In this document: piece by piece, positions 21,502-31,500 of the stretch
Position numbering within the stretch: position 1 is the stretch's first letter
Layout of the letters: the number at the start of each line of letters is the position of its first letter
DNA from: Candidatus Parcubacteria bacterium
GTDB taxonomy: Bacteria > Patescibacteriota > Patescibacteriia > Patescibacteriales > UBA12075
DNA length: 64,000 nucleotides
Direction: 5' to 3'
Assembly: GCA_002869165.1 (NCBI GenBank)
Contig: PKTK01000001.1
Span: 157,006-221,005 of the forward strand
Program-made: the position numbers and the translations under genes
The notes under the pieces: model-generated
The model's database searches: none
What the model saw: the letters and a program-made list of their open reading frames with translations, nothing else
Told to the model about the DNA's origin: nothing

Positions 21502-22689
21502 TTGAACCAACACTACCAAATGTGTTATAATATACTTACAAATAATAAAATTGTGAATAATTTAAATAAAGAAAAACTGATAATATTTTTATTAGCTGTA
21601 CCTTTGTGTATAATGCCGATTTTTTTGTATTTTTTGAATAATACTTTTAGTGCCTCAGCAGAGGACGAATACAACACAGAAACTATTTATGAGTGTAGAG
21701 AATGTAGTGATTGTAATTGTCGGGATTCTGGAAAAAAATTAATTTCTTTTAAGGGTCCTGATGCTGACTGTGAATCTTATCAAAGTGAAGACGATAGGAT
21801 GAGTTGTTATTTTAAAAACTCTCATGCCTCTTATGTTTGTCCCGATCTAGAGGATAGTGGAGCCTTGGAAGATTGCTATGAAAAATACAAAGGATCCACT
21901 TTTAATTATTATCAGGGTGGGCCAGGCACTTTGGTGGCTAATCAATCGGTTACATCTAATGGTAGTAGAGCTTATTTTACTGGTTATGATTGTAATGGTG
22001 AACATGTTATCAGGACGGGAGCTGAAGAACCTAATAATAGTGTTGTTACCCTGCGTGAAGGAAGTAGGGATGTGGAGTATGGAGGTGATGTAAATATAAA
22101 TGGAAGCCTGATTCTTGAGTCTGAACAGGGTGGAGTTTACTTTGGTTCAGATGTGGATTATAGTTACGATGATTTGGGGCATGGTTTACGTGGGCAAACT
22201 ATCACTAATTATGAAAATCTTAATGGACTTAATTTAAATAGATGCCTGGATTTAAAAGTAATAGCAAACCATAATCATCTCATGACTATTCCAGGAAAAG
22301 AAAGAACAGGTGGAGATGCGCCTAACGTTGGTTTGGAGATAGAGACTGGTCTGGAAGTAAATGGAGACTTGAAGGCACAGTTCATGTGGATGCAGGGACG
22401 TTTTCTTCGTTGGTCAGAACCTATTCGGGGTAATTGGATATTGTATTATAATAGCCCAGCAGTAGAACCTCCAGGCTGTACATTGCCAGATTATGAACGA
22501 GATACGCCAGTAACTGAAACCCCAGCCCTAGTTGGCACTGGAGAACCAGGGCCAGGTGGCTATGGAGCTACTAGCGGTGAGAGCGACGGAGGTGGTCAGA
22601 CAGACGGTGAAGGAGATAGTGAAGGAGACAGTGGAGAAAACAGCGAAACTGAAGTAGACGATGAGTCAGGAGGACCAGGTGGAGTATAA
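21502..22689 (+). CDS. secreted/membrane-anchored Cys-rich protein, paralog family member 1
   Basis: ORF track; the likely true start is GTG 21553 (MNNLNKEKLIIFLL...) downstream of GTGTTATAAT at 21522-21531; acidic G/D/E-rich tail. Confidence 0.65.
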   Translation: MNQHYQMCYNILTNNKIVNNLNKEKLIIFLLAVPLCIMPIFLYFLNNTFSASAEDEYNTETIYECRECSDCNCRDSGKKLISFKGPDADCESYQSEDDRMSCYFKNSHASYVCPDLEDSGALEDCYEKYKGSTFNYYQGGPGTLVANQSVTSNGSRAYFTGYDCNGEHVIRTGAEEPNNSVVTLREGSRDVEYGGDVNINGSLILESEQGGVYFGSDVDYSYDDLGHGLRGQTITNYENLNGLNLNRCLDLKVIANHNHLMTIPGKERTGGDAPNVGLEIETGLEVNGDLKAQFMWMQGRFLRWSEPIRGNWILYYNSPAVEPPGCTLPDYERDTPVTETPALVGTGEPGPGGYGATSGESDGGGQTDGEGDSEGDSGENSETEVDDESGGPGGV

Positions 22690-22720
22690 TTTTTAAAAAG
22701 AAATAAATATTTATTAAAAC

Positions 22721-23782
22721 ATGGATAGTATTTCCAAAAAAAGAATATTCTTAGCTTTACTGCCATTGATAATTTTTAATTTTATCTTTGCTTTGGATAT
22801 TTTTGTTTTCAAAAAGTCTGCTTGGTCACAAGTGCATGATCCGTATGAATGGGATGAAAATGAAAGGCTTTATACTTCTACCAAGTCACAAACAGTAAGT
22901 TCAAATGGCCAGCCTCTTTTTTCTTATGAAGGACAAGACGCTAATTGTTGGGAATATGAGAAAGCTTGGCAAAGAGATCAGTGTTTAAATGAGCATCCAT
23001 ACGGCGGACAAGGTACAATGATTATGGAAGGTAATTTGGAAATAACCAATGCTCAAGCTTTATATTTGAATGGTTATGATAGTGCTGGCTATAATTGGCT
23101 TATGTCAAGTTCCACTGAAGTAATGGGAAATGCTCTCGCAACCCAAAGAGACAATACTGAAATTACCCATGGCAATCACATGTTAGCTGATGGTTCTATG
23201 ACAGGAGGTTCAATTGGTTTTACATCTGCTGATGCTACGGTCTCTTTTGTGCCAGGCGAAGCTGATGCTGCTTTAGTTGAGATAGGCGAGGTTATTGATA
23301 AGGTTGTTTATTCTACTATTATAGATGATCAGCAGGTAAATGCTTTACAGATTCTTGAAAAGGGTATTTGTGGTATGTGTGATGGCAGGTGTGGTGCAGG
23401 ATTTACAGGAAGGGGCTATACTTTTGTCTCTGAAGAGGGCATACAAGTTAAAGGAACGGTAAAAGTTAATCAGCAAATGAGACACTGTGGTTCACAGGCA
23501 GAATGTCAGGAAAAGTGCTGTCGAGAACTTCAGTATTTAACTGATGATACATATGATAATTTTATTGGCGATCCCTGTAATTCTGCACAGGGTTTTGACC
23601 CTTGGTGTATTAACGAAACCCCACCTGAAAATTGTTATGCTCATGACTATAGTGCTAGACCTGAGTGCACATATTGCTATCCCCAGCCATATATGCATTA
23701 CACCGAAGTAGGAGCAAATCTAGATTCTGTATACGAGACAGATGGTAATGGAAATAGAGTTAGAAGAGGTAGCGAGGAATAA
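22721..23782 (+). CDS. secreted/membrane-anchored Cys-rich protein, paralog family member 2
   Basis: N-terminal TM; PLFSYEGQDANCWEY resembles KLISFKGPDADCESY of the upstream gene. Confidence 0.65.
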   Translation: MDSISKKRIFLALLPLIIFNFIFALDIFVFKKSAWSQVHDPYEWDENERLYTSTKSQTVSSNGQPLFSYEGQDANCWEYEKAWQRDQCLNEHPYGGQGTMIMEGNLEITNAQALYLNGYDSAGYNWLMSSSTEVMGNALATQRDNTEITHGNHMLADGSMTGGSIGFTSADATVSFVPGEADAALVEIGEVIDKVVYSTIIDDQQVNALQILEKGICGMCDGRCGAGFTGRGYTFVSEEGIQVKGTVKVNQQMRHCGSQAECQEKCCRELQYLTDDTYDNFIGDPCNSAQGFDPWCINETPPENCYAHDYSARPECTYCYPQPYMHYTEVGANLDSVYETDGNGNRVRRGSEE

Positions 23783-23842
23783 ATTGGTTTGCAAATTATT
23801 GTATAAAGAGATTATTTAGCTTAAAAACAGTTTAACAAAATA

Positions 23843-26800
23843 ATGAAAAAAATAATTTCACAATATATTTTTTATTATTCGGCGATGTTTGTGGCCGGTG
23901 TTTTTGTATTTAGTAGTTTGTCGTTAATTCATAGTCAATCAAATTGCGGTTCAAATATATCATTTTTTAAAAGCTTGATAAATTATGCCTACGCGAATCC
24001 CTACGCTTCTGACCAACGAGGATCTTGTCAAATAGAGTATGAAACATATGAGCTGTCCGGTTCTTATGTTCAAGTTCCGCTTCATGGAAATTCTGAACAA
24101 AGTCAAGATTTTGAAGGATATGATGTGTATGAATATTTTTATCCTGCCAATCCGGAAAAAAATGATGACAAACGGAAGAAACTCTATTCGTTTAATGGAA
24201 ATGGAAGTGTTGAGATGGGAGGAAATATTGTGGTTCGAGGAGAAAGAACAAGTCTTTATAATGAATTTGATAATGGTAATATCGGTATTGCCAGCTATGA
24301 TGAAGATGGGTCTGGCGAAAGATCAAATGTTACACATTCTATTCAAACAAGTCCGCGCAGTAACGATGTTACATTGAGTGGAAATGCCAGGATAAATGGT
24401 ACTTGGCAAAGTGAGGAGACAACTGGAGGATTAGGTCCGAGTGTATTTTTTGATTTGAATTCATCACGACTTGAAATGCAGGACAATCATTATCTTGCTG
24501 GCGCTAGAAAAGATGCTATCATAGAAACTTCACTTAAGAGTAGTCAATCAGAGTATGTTTGGATAGAACACCTGTCTGACCCAACTGTAAAAGTCAAACA
24601 ACTCAGTAATGCTAGAGCCATGGCTTTTAAAGACCCTGCTGTGTATATATCAGATATGGGGAATAGAGCAATTGTGGGTTATGATTTGAATACAGAGACT
24701 TATATATCACTTGGCAAAAGAGATTGGAATTGGTCTATTGAAGGGGTGGCAATTGATGATGACCGGTATCTATATTTATCTGATACTGCTATGAATACTA
24801 TTGTTAAGACAAAAATAACTGGTGAAGGCTGGGAAGAATCTTACAAGGATCTAGATGATTATCAGTCTAGGCTTTTTCTTGATGGATCAGAAGAGTTTAT
24901 AGCTAGAGGTATGATTGAGAGCTACGCTAGAGAAGCTGAAATAAGTGATTGCGGTTATAATAAACATGATGTAAGCATTTCAAGTTCTCGAAATTATATT
25001 GACATAGATCCTGAAACCAAAAGACCTCTTATGAGCACTTCAACTGATTGTGTATTTGGTGAAGCTTGTTTTTCTTTTAATGGCAGAGAACATATTCAGA
25101 TGTCTGATCATGCTGCTTGGAATTTTGAAGAAGACTTTTTTACTTTTGATTTGTGGGTAAGATTTGATTCTCTTGAGAGAACTATGGCTTTGGTATCCCA
25201 TCCTGGATCATATCTTTTCGAATGGAAGCCAGAGTCAGGCAATATGTCACAATCAGTCCTTAGCTTCACATTTATTAATAGCGATAGAAATGAAAGTGAT
25301 GATAGCTTCACTTCTCAGAGTTTTCAGGAGAACTGGCTACCAGAAGTAGGAGAGTGGTATAATCTGGCAATAGTTAGACGGGAAGATAATACCTTGACCA
25401 TGATGGTGGACGGTGAACAGCTGGGTCCTAGTGTTCCAATTACCGGTTCTCTTAGGAATGGGGTAGGAGAATTTGAAATTGGAGGTTATATTAATGGCAA
25501 AGAGCTTGATGGAGCCATGGATAATATCAGGGTAGCTCGGGGTGATACTCAATGGGAGGTTGATTATTCTTTTAGATATCAGTTTGATGATCCTATGGGT
25601 CTTATAGTTGTTAAAGAAGGAGGAAAAGATTATTTATATGTAGCTGACTCGGGTAATTCAAGAATAGTAAAAATCTCTACTGATTTTACAGAGTGGTGGA
25701 CTTTTGGTGAAAAAGGTAGTGATATATATCAATTTGATCACCCAACTGATATTTATTATTACGCTGGTTATTTTTATATTACTGATGCAGGGAATTCAAG
25801 AGTTATTAAAACTAATCTAGCTCAAATGCAAAAGTATTTTAAAGGTGAGGTAAGCGGAAGTTGGGAAGTGATTTATTCCAGTGATAGCCCTGATCTTCAC
25901 AGTATTTATGTTGATGCCGATGGTTATGCAATTACTGATGCTTACAATGGCATGATTATAACTAGTAATGGGGTGGTAGGAAGTAAAAATGCTTGGGATA
26001 AACTTTTTGAATTTACCGCTCCTGTTGATATAGCTAGAAGAGATAATGGAAATTATCTGATACTAGACGGAACTAGCAATACAGACTTTACTACTCATGT
26101 GGAGCAGAGGACTATGGATAGTTATGGAACTGCACAAAGAGAAGGCTTGAATACCAGGTTTTATTCAGGCGGAGTAATGGTCTATCGAGCGTATTTCGAA
26201 ACTGCTGTTGCCATGCTTAAGGGAGATGAGTGGAGGAGATGGATAGCGGATGATATTCATTTAGGAATCTCTCATTGTCCAGAAATTCCTAATAGTACAG
26301 CAAATTTTGGTGGTTGTAACGGCGGACTGTTTACAGGAGAAGGTGCTAATGTTAGTTGCAGTATTCCTTCTGAATGTGTGGGGCAGTGGGATTGGGAGGT
26401 TTATTGGCCAACTTGTGTACATTATGTCCCTACTATGAAAAGGGTGAGTGTTTGTACAGGGACTAATGGCGATGGTTCATGTGCAAGCTATGAAAATGAT
26501 TGCTATACATACTGTGAGCCAGTCGAGGAGGAATGCCATGTAGGTTTTGCCGTTTGGCATGAGTTTGTGGAAAGTGGCCCTCCGGAATATGCTCCAACCC
26601 GACCCGATGTTCCGCTTGAGAGTGCGCCAAATCCAGTTGGTAGTCATTTGTTTTTACCAGATCCTTCTTTTTCATTTTCTGGTAGTTTTTCTAATGATTT
26701 CTGGACAGCAGTTGAAGGTTTGAACCCAAGTAGAGAAAATATCCCAACTGTAGTAAATAGATTGAATGGCATGGGCTATGATGCGAGTATTTATGAAGAA

Positions 26801-26923
26801 CCAAGCACATATTGTCCAAACGGAGGTTGTGTTTATGACAAGATATTCGTAAATGGCCAAAGATACGATATTTTGGTAGTTGAGTCAGTAGTTCCTAAAT
26901 GGAACAGCCCTTTTCCTAGATAA
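23843..26923 (+). CDS. large secreted protein with LamG/ConA-like lectin domain and NHL-type beta-propeller repeats, paralog family member 3
   Basis: FTFDLWVRFDSL...NLAIVRREDNTLTMMVDGEQLG...LDGAMDNIRVARG (LamG-like); YLYVADSGNSRIVKIS and FYITDAGNSRVIKTN (NHL-like). Confidence 0.7.
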   Translation: MKKIISQYIFYYSAMFVAGVFVFSSLSLIHSQSNCGSNISFFKSLINYAYANPYASDQRGSCQIEYETYELSGSYVQVPLHGNSEQSQDFEGYDVYEYFYPANPEKNDDKRKKLYSFNGNGSVEMGGNIVVRGERTSLYNEFDNGNIGIASYDEDGSGERSNVTHSIQTSPRSNDVTLSGNARINGTWQSEETTGGLGPSVFFDLNSSRLEMQDNHYLAGARKDAIIETSLKSSQSEYVWIEHLSDPTVKVKQLSNARAMAFKDPAVYISDMGNRAIVGYDLNTETYISLGKRDWNWSIEGVAIDDDRYLYLSDTAMNTIVKTKITGEGWEESYKDLDDYQSRLFLDGSEEFIARGMIESYAREAEISDCGYNKHDVSISSSRNYIDIDPETKRPLMSTSTDCVFGEACFSFNGREHIQMSDHAAWNFEEDFFTFDLWVRFDSLERTMALVSHPGSYLFEWKPESGNMSQSVLSFTFINSDRNESDDSFTSQSFQENWLPEVGEWYNLAIVRREDNTLTMMVDGEQLGPSVPITGSLRNGVGEFEIGGYINGKELDGAMDNIRVARGDTQWEVDYSFRYQFDDPMGLIVVKEGGKDYLYVADSGNSRIVKISTDFTEWWTFGEKGSDIYQFDHPTDIYYYAGYFYITDAGNSRVIKTNLAQMQKYFKGEVSGSWEVIYSSDSPDLHSIYVDADGYAITDAYNGMIITSNGVVGSKNAWDKLFEFTAPVDIARRDNGNYLILDGTSNTDFTTHVEQRTMDSYGTAQREGLNTRFYSGGVMVYRAYFETAVAMLKGDEWRRWIADDIHLGISHCPEIPNSTANFGGCNGGLFTGEGANVSCSIPSECVGQWDWEVYWPTCVHYVPTMKRVSVCTGTNGDGSCASYENDCYTYCEPVEEECHVGFAVWHEFVESGPPEYAPTRPDVPLESAPNPVGSHLFLPDPSFSFSGSFSNDFWTAVEGLNPSRENIPTVVNRLNGMGYDASIYEEPSTYCPNGGCVYDKIFVNGQRYDILVVESVVPKWNSPFPR

Positions 26924-26924
26924 A

Positions 26925-27749
26925 ATGATGAATTTATTAGATAGAACTAAAAAAATATGTCAGGAGGAGCAAATCAAACCAAGCAGGAATAAGGGCCAGA
27001 ATTTTTTAATAGATGATAGTTATTATGATGAAATAATAAGAGCAAGTAACTTACAAAATACCGATGTGGTTTTGGAAGTTGGCCCAGGGCTGGGGTTCCT
27101 GACAGAAAAAATAGCTAAAAAGTCGGCTAAGCTGATTACAGTTGAATTAGATGAAACAATTCAAGACTATATTAAAAGGAAGAAAAATAAAGAAAAAATT
27201 GAAAATCTTGAACTTGTTAGGAAAAATATCTTAGATTTGGAACCTGAGGTAAAGTACAATAAGATAATTGCAAACTTACCTTATAATATCACTTCTAGAT
27301 TTTTACAAATCTTTCTTTCCACTAGAGCAAGGCCGGATTTTTTTGTTTTAATGCTTCAAAAAGAGGTTGTGGATAGAATCTGTGCCAAACCTGGTAAAAT
27401 GAGTTTATTGGGGATATCTGTTCAGTATTTTTCCTCTCCTGAGCTTATCTGTAATGTTCCTAAAAATGTTTTTTGGCCTGAGCCAAAAGTGGATAGTGCT
27501 GTTGTGAAGCTAGTTTGTAATAAAGAAGCTTTTGTAGAAAAAATGAAGCCAATTGAAAAAGAGTTTTTTCGCCTTGTAAAAATAGGCTTTTCTAGCAAAA
27601 GAAAGATGCTTAAGAACAATTTGACCAGTGGTTATCAAATAAGCCAAAAACAAGCAGAAGAGTATATTATAAAATCAGGTCTAGATGCAAAAGTCAGAGC
27701 ACAGGAACTGAGTCTAGAAAATTGGCTTAAATTACTTGGAAGTTTTTAA
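26925..27749 (+). CDS. rsmA: 16S rRNA (adenine1518/1519-N6)-dimethyltransferase
   Basis: GQNFLID, SAM motif VLEVGPGLGFLT, ANLPYNITS. Confidence 0.9.
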   Translation: MMNLLDRTKKICQEEQIKPSRNKGQNFLIDDSYYDEIIRASNLQNTDVVLEVGPGLGFLTEKIAKKSAKLITVELDETIQDYIKRKKNKEKIENLELVRKNILDLEPEVKYNKIIANLPYNITSRFLQIFLSTRARPDFFVLMLQKEVVDRICAKPGKMSLLGISVQYFSSPELICNVPKNVFWPEPKVDSAVVKLVCNKEAFVEKMKPIEKEFFRLVKIGFSSKRKMLKNNLTSGYQISQKQAEEYIIKSGLDAKVRAQELSLENWLKLLGSF

Positions 27750-27755
27750 AAAAAA

Positions 27756-27764
27756 TGTTATAAT
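27756..27764 (+). promoter_or_regulatory. candidate extended -10 box (TGTTATAAT) for the 27885-46614 locus
   Basis: Same 9-mer as at 18299 and 21404(rc)/21523; 120 nt upstream of ATG 27885. Confidence 0.4.
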
Positions 27765-27790
27765 ATTAATATAATTATAAACACATTAAG

Positions 27791-27819
27791 TGTCATTCTG
27801 AGTGTTAGCGAAGAATCTC
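27791..27819 (+). repeat. copy of the TGTCATTCTGAG...GAAGAATCTC element in the putative 5' leader
   Basis: TGTCATTCTGAGTGTTAGCGAAGAATCTC. Confidence 0.7.
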
Positions 27820-27884
27820 TTTTTATATTAGGAAATATGATATTTTTTGCTTGCGTTTAGAATAAAAAAACTTAAGTTTTCCCC

Positions 27885-28562
27885 ATGCAACAAGAGAATA
27901 ACACAAGGAATGAATACGAGGGTCAGGTACCAGAGGATTTTTCTATTGGTCGCGCTGAATACAACCCGAATAAACTTCATGAATTAGACAAAAGCCAAAA
28001 AATTGCGGTGGTAATTTTGGCTTTTTTTGCTTTTTTTGTAGTTGGTCTTTGGTTTACCCAAGCCAAAAAAGGCCTAATGGGTAATAAAGCCAGTACTACA
28101 GCAACAAGCGAATGTACAAGTGGAACTTGCTCTAATAATTCAAGCGTACAAGATACCTTAAAAGATACTGATAAGGATGGCTTAACAGATTATAATGAAT
28201 TGAATTTTTATAATACTTCTCCGTATTTAGAAGATACTGATAGTGATGGCTATAATGATAAATATGAAATTGATAATAACACCGATCCAAATTGCCCGCA
28301 AGGTAATAATTGTACAGCCATCGAAGCTGAAACAGTGTCTGAAAATAATGTTTTGGAACCCGTGGACATGGGAGAACTTCCTAGTAATACACCCAGCGAT
28401 GTTACTAGTCAGATCAATTCAGCTCAAACTATTCTCGAGGGCAGTAGTGATGCCTCTAGTTTGCGACAGTTTTTGCTTGATGCTGGCATGGATCCGGCTG
28501 TATTGAATCAAATAAGCGATGAGGAACTAATGACAAGCTATCAAGATGTTTTACAAGGTTGA
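27885..28562 (+). CDS. membrane-anchored protein with TSP3-like Ca-binding repeats
   Basis: One TM (VVILAFFAFFVVGLWF); DTDKDGLTDYNE, DTDSDGYNDKYE. Confidence 0.7.
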   Translation: MQQENNTRNEYEGQVPEDFSIGRAEYNPNKLHELDKSQKIAVVILAFFAFFVVGLWFTQAKKGLMGNKASTTATSECTSGTCSNNSSVQDTLKDTDKDGLTDYNELNFYNTSPYLEDTDSDGYNDKYEIDNNTDPNCPQGNNCTAIEAETVSENNVLEPVDMGELPSNTPSDVTSQINSAQTILEGSSDASSLRQFLLDAGMDPAVLNQISDEELMTSYQDVLQG

Positions 28563-28595
28563 TAATTATTTTGGCTATATTGGCCATTTTAAAAT

Positions 28596-31500
28596 ATGAT
28601 TTTTAAAAAGTTTACAATTAAATTTTTAATAGTAAGTGTTTTATTATTTAGTTTTGTTTTTGCTGGTAGTTCACGGGCTGTAGGAATGGAAGTTATGGTT
28701 GGCGATAAGACTCATATAGGTACCACCATCGCACAGATGGGGAAAGATGTGGCAAATTGGGCTAAAGACTATTCCTATCAGCTGTATGAATGGACAAGAG
28801 ATGAAGGTATAGCCCTGGCTTACAAGAAGGCAGTGGGTTATTTTTTAAAGCAGTTAGCTTATGATGCGGCTACATACTTAGCAACCGGTGACAAGGGACA
28901 GGATTCTATGTTTTACACTGAGAATTGGGGGGATTATTTAAGCAATGTAGGAGATAATGCAGTTGGTCATTTTTTGGAAGAACTCGGTCAAAGTGGAACC
29001 GCCAAGTTTAATCTTTGTAATCCAGGAATTGATATTACAGCTAAGATCGGTTTAGGTATCGCTGAAACAAAGAATCCTGACGAACCTGACTGTACATTTA
29101 CTGAAATGAAAAATAATTGGGAATCAGAACTAGAAAGAGATGATTTTTTGCAACGTTTTGGTAGTATGTTTGAACCTGAATCAAATGACTTTGGTATAGC
29201 TCTTTCCCTTCATATGGAAGCAATGGAAGTAGAAATAGCTGAAAAGGAGGCAGCTACTTTAACCAGAGATGTAAATGATGGATTTAAAGATGTGACAGAA
29301 GGTATTAGTGGAGCTATCAAGACTCCTGGGGCGGTTATTAGAGATTATACAAATGATGTGATTGAAAAATCGGGTGAGAATTATTTTACATACACTGGTC
29401 ATATTTTGGCTGACGCGATTGATGTTTTTACCACCACACTTACAGGCAAGCTACTTGAGGAGTGGTTGCGAAAGGGATTGGCTAGATCAAGCGAAGACAC
29501 CAGCTATACTGGTGATTGGGGGGATTTTAGTTCAAGTGGAGGTTCATATTCAGGCGGTAGTTTAAGCTCTCGTGGCAGCTCAGGTTCTAGTGGTGGTTCT
29601 GGTTCTAGCTCGGGTGGTTCTGGTAGTTCTAAATCAAGCGGTTCTTCGAGTTACTCCAGCGGAGGTGGTTCATCAAACTATGAAAGTTCTGGGTCAAGTG
29701 GCTCTGGTATCACTCAGGCCAAAAAACAATTCGAATCATTAATTGAGCCAGATTTTGCTATAAGAGGAGACTATAATGCTATGAATGAACTAGTTGCATG
29801 TTCTGACCCGGTAAATGCTGGGCCAAATGAATGTGTGGTTACAAATAATTTCAGACAAGCCATAGAAAACAGAATGACAGTTGGTGAAGCCATGGAGGAT
29901 GAATATATTAGTAAATACGGAGTGTTTGGCTTCAAGGCTGATGGGCTTGAGCCAGCTTATAATGAAGGTGTTCCATATAGGTCTATGATGATTTTGAGAA
30001 AATACAGGATCGTACCAGTTGGGTGGGAGTTGGCAGCGCAATATATCATGGAAAATAGAGAAAATCTTCACAGGACTTTTAGTCTTTATGATATGATAGC
30101 TTGTTTTGATCCAGATGATAGATATGTTGGCTATGAAGGTGAGAATAACAATGCTTGGTGTGAAGGATTGGTGGATCCAAGCTGGGTACTTAAGTCACCG
30201 CAGAATTTTTGTAAACGAGAAGGGGCTGGTCCACATATTATAACAGCTCAAGTTTTTGGAGAAGGGAATGATTCTAAATATATGATTACTAGAAACGAAG
30301 ATTATTGCGCTGATGAACAGACATGTATCATGGAAAATGATGATGGTAGTTGTGATATGTATGGTTACTGTACTGAGGATAGACGAAAATATAATTTTGA
30401 AGGTGAATCATGTGATCCAAGGTATAATAGTTGTGAGACTTTTAGATCTAGTAATGGCAGTACTCTCGGGTTGTTACAAAATACTTTGGATTATGAAACT
30501 TGCGATTCTTCAAATGTAGGTTGCGAGATGTATGCTTATGCTACTTCATATGAAGATGGTTTAGGAGTGTATGATCTAGATACTGGTAAAGTAAATTGGG
30601 CTTCGACAACAGGTCGGATAAGACTTGATGAAGATGCCTCGGAGTGCGATGAGGAAAATGAAGGTTGTCATTCTTTTATTCGAACAAACCCAGGTCTAGG
30701 TGTAAATTTACTACCTAATTCAGATTTTGAAGACTATGATTATGAAAAAGGTGAATTTGCTTATTGGGGTAGCGATATTGGCACTCAGTATTATGATGAA
30801 AATCTAGGTGTTAATACAGTTTTACTGAACAATAATTTTGTTCATAGTGTTGTAATTGACGCGCTTGATTACATGACAGGAGCCAGTGACTATGACCTAG
30901 GGGGTAATATTTTTACCTTGTCTTTTTATATTAGAAATTGTAACGGTGAGGTCAGGTTAGGTGAGACAACCAAGACTATAAATGCCAGTTCAGGCCAAGA
31001 CTGGTCTTATGTGGCTTTGAGTAATACCTTTCCAGAAGGTAGTGGAAATGTGATTGAAATAGAATTTTTAAATACGGAAGGATGCTATATGGACGGCATT
31101 AAACTTGAAAGAAATAGTCCAGAAGCAGATGGCGTACCTACAGAATATGTTCGTTATGGTGAAGTAGGGACTATATTTGAAAGATTAATTCCAGACTATC
31201 TTTTTGCTAGTTGCTACATGGATAGTGATGAAAATGGCTTCTTGGAGATGAGATTGGATGCTCCTGATGTTTGTAGTGATTATGCCAGGTATTGCACAGC
31301 CAAAGAAGTGAATTGTGATATGTACACATCAGAAAGCGATAATTTCAGTGTTCCAGCTGTTGTGTCAGCTAGTGATTATTGTCCTTCAGAATGTGTTGGT
31401 TTTGATTTGTTCATGCAAACCGAAACTGATTTTGAAGAATCAGAAACAGAGCTTTTAATACCTGATACAGCGGATACTTGTAGCGCAGTAGAAGTAGGAT

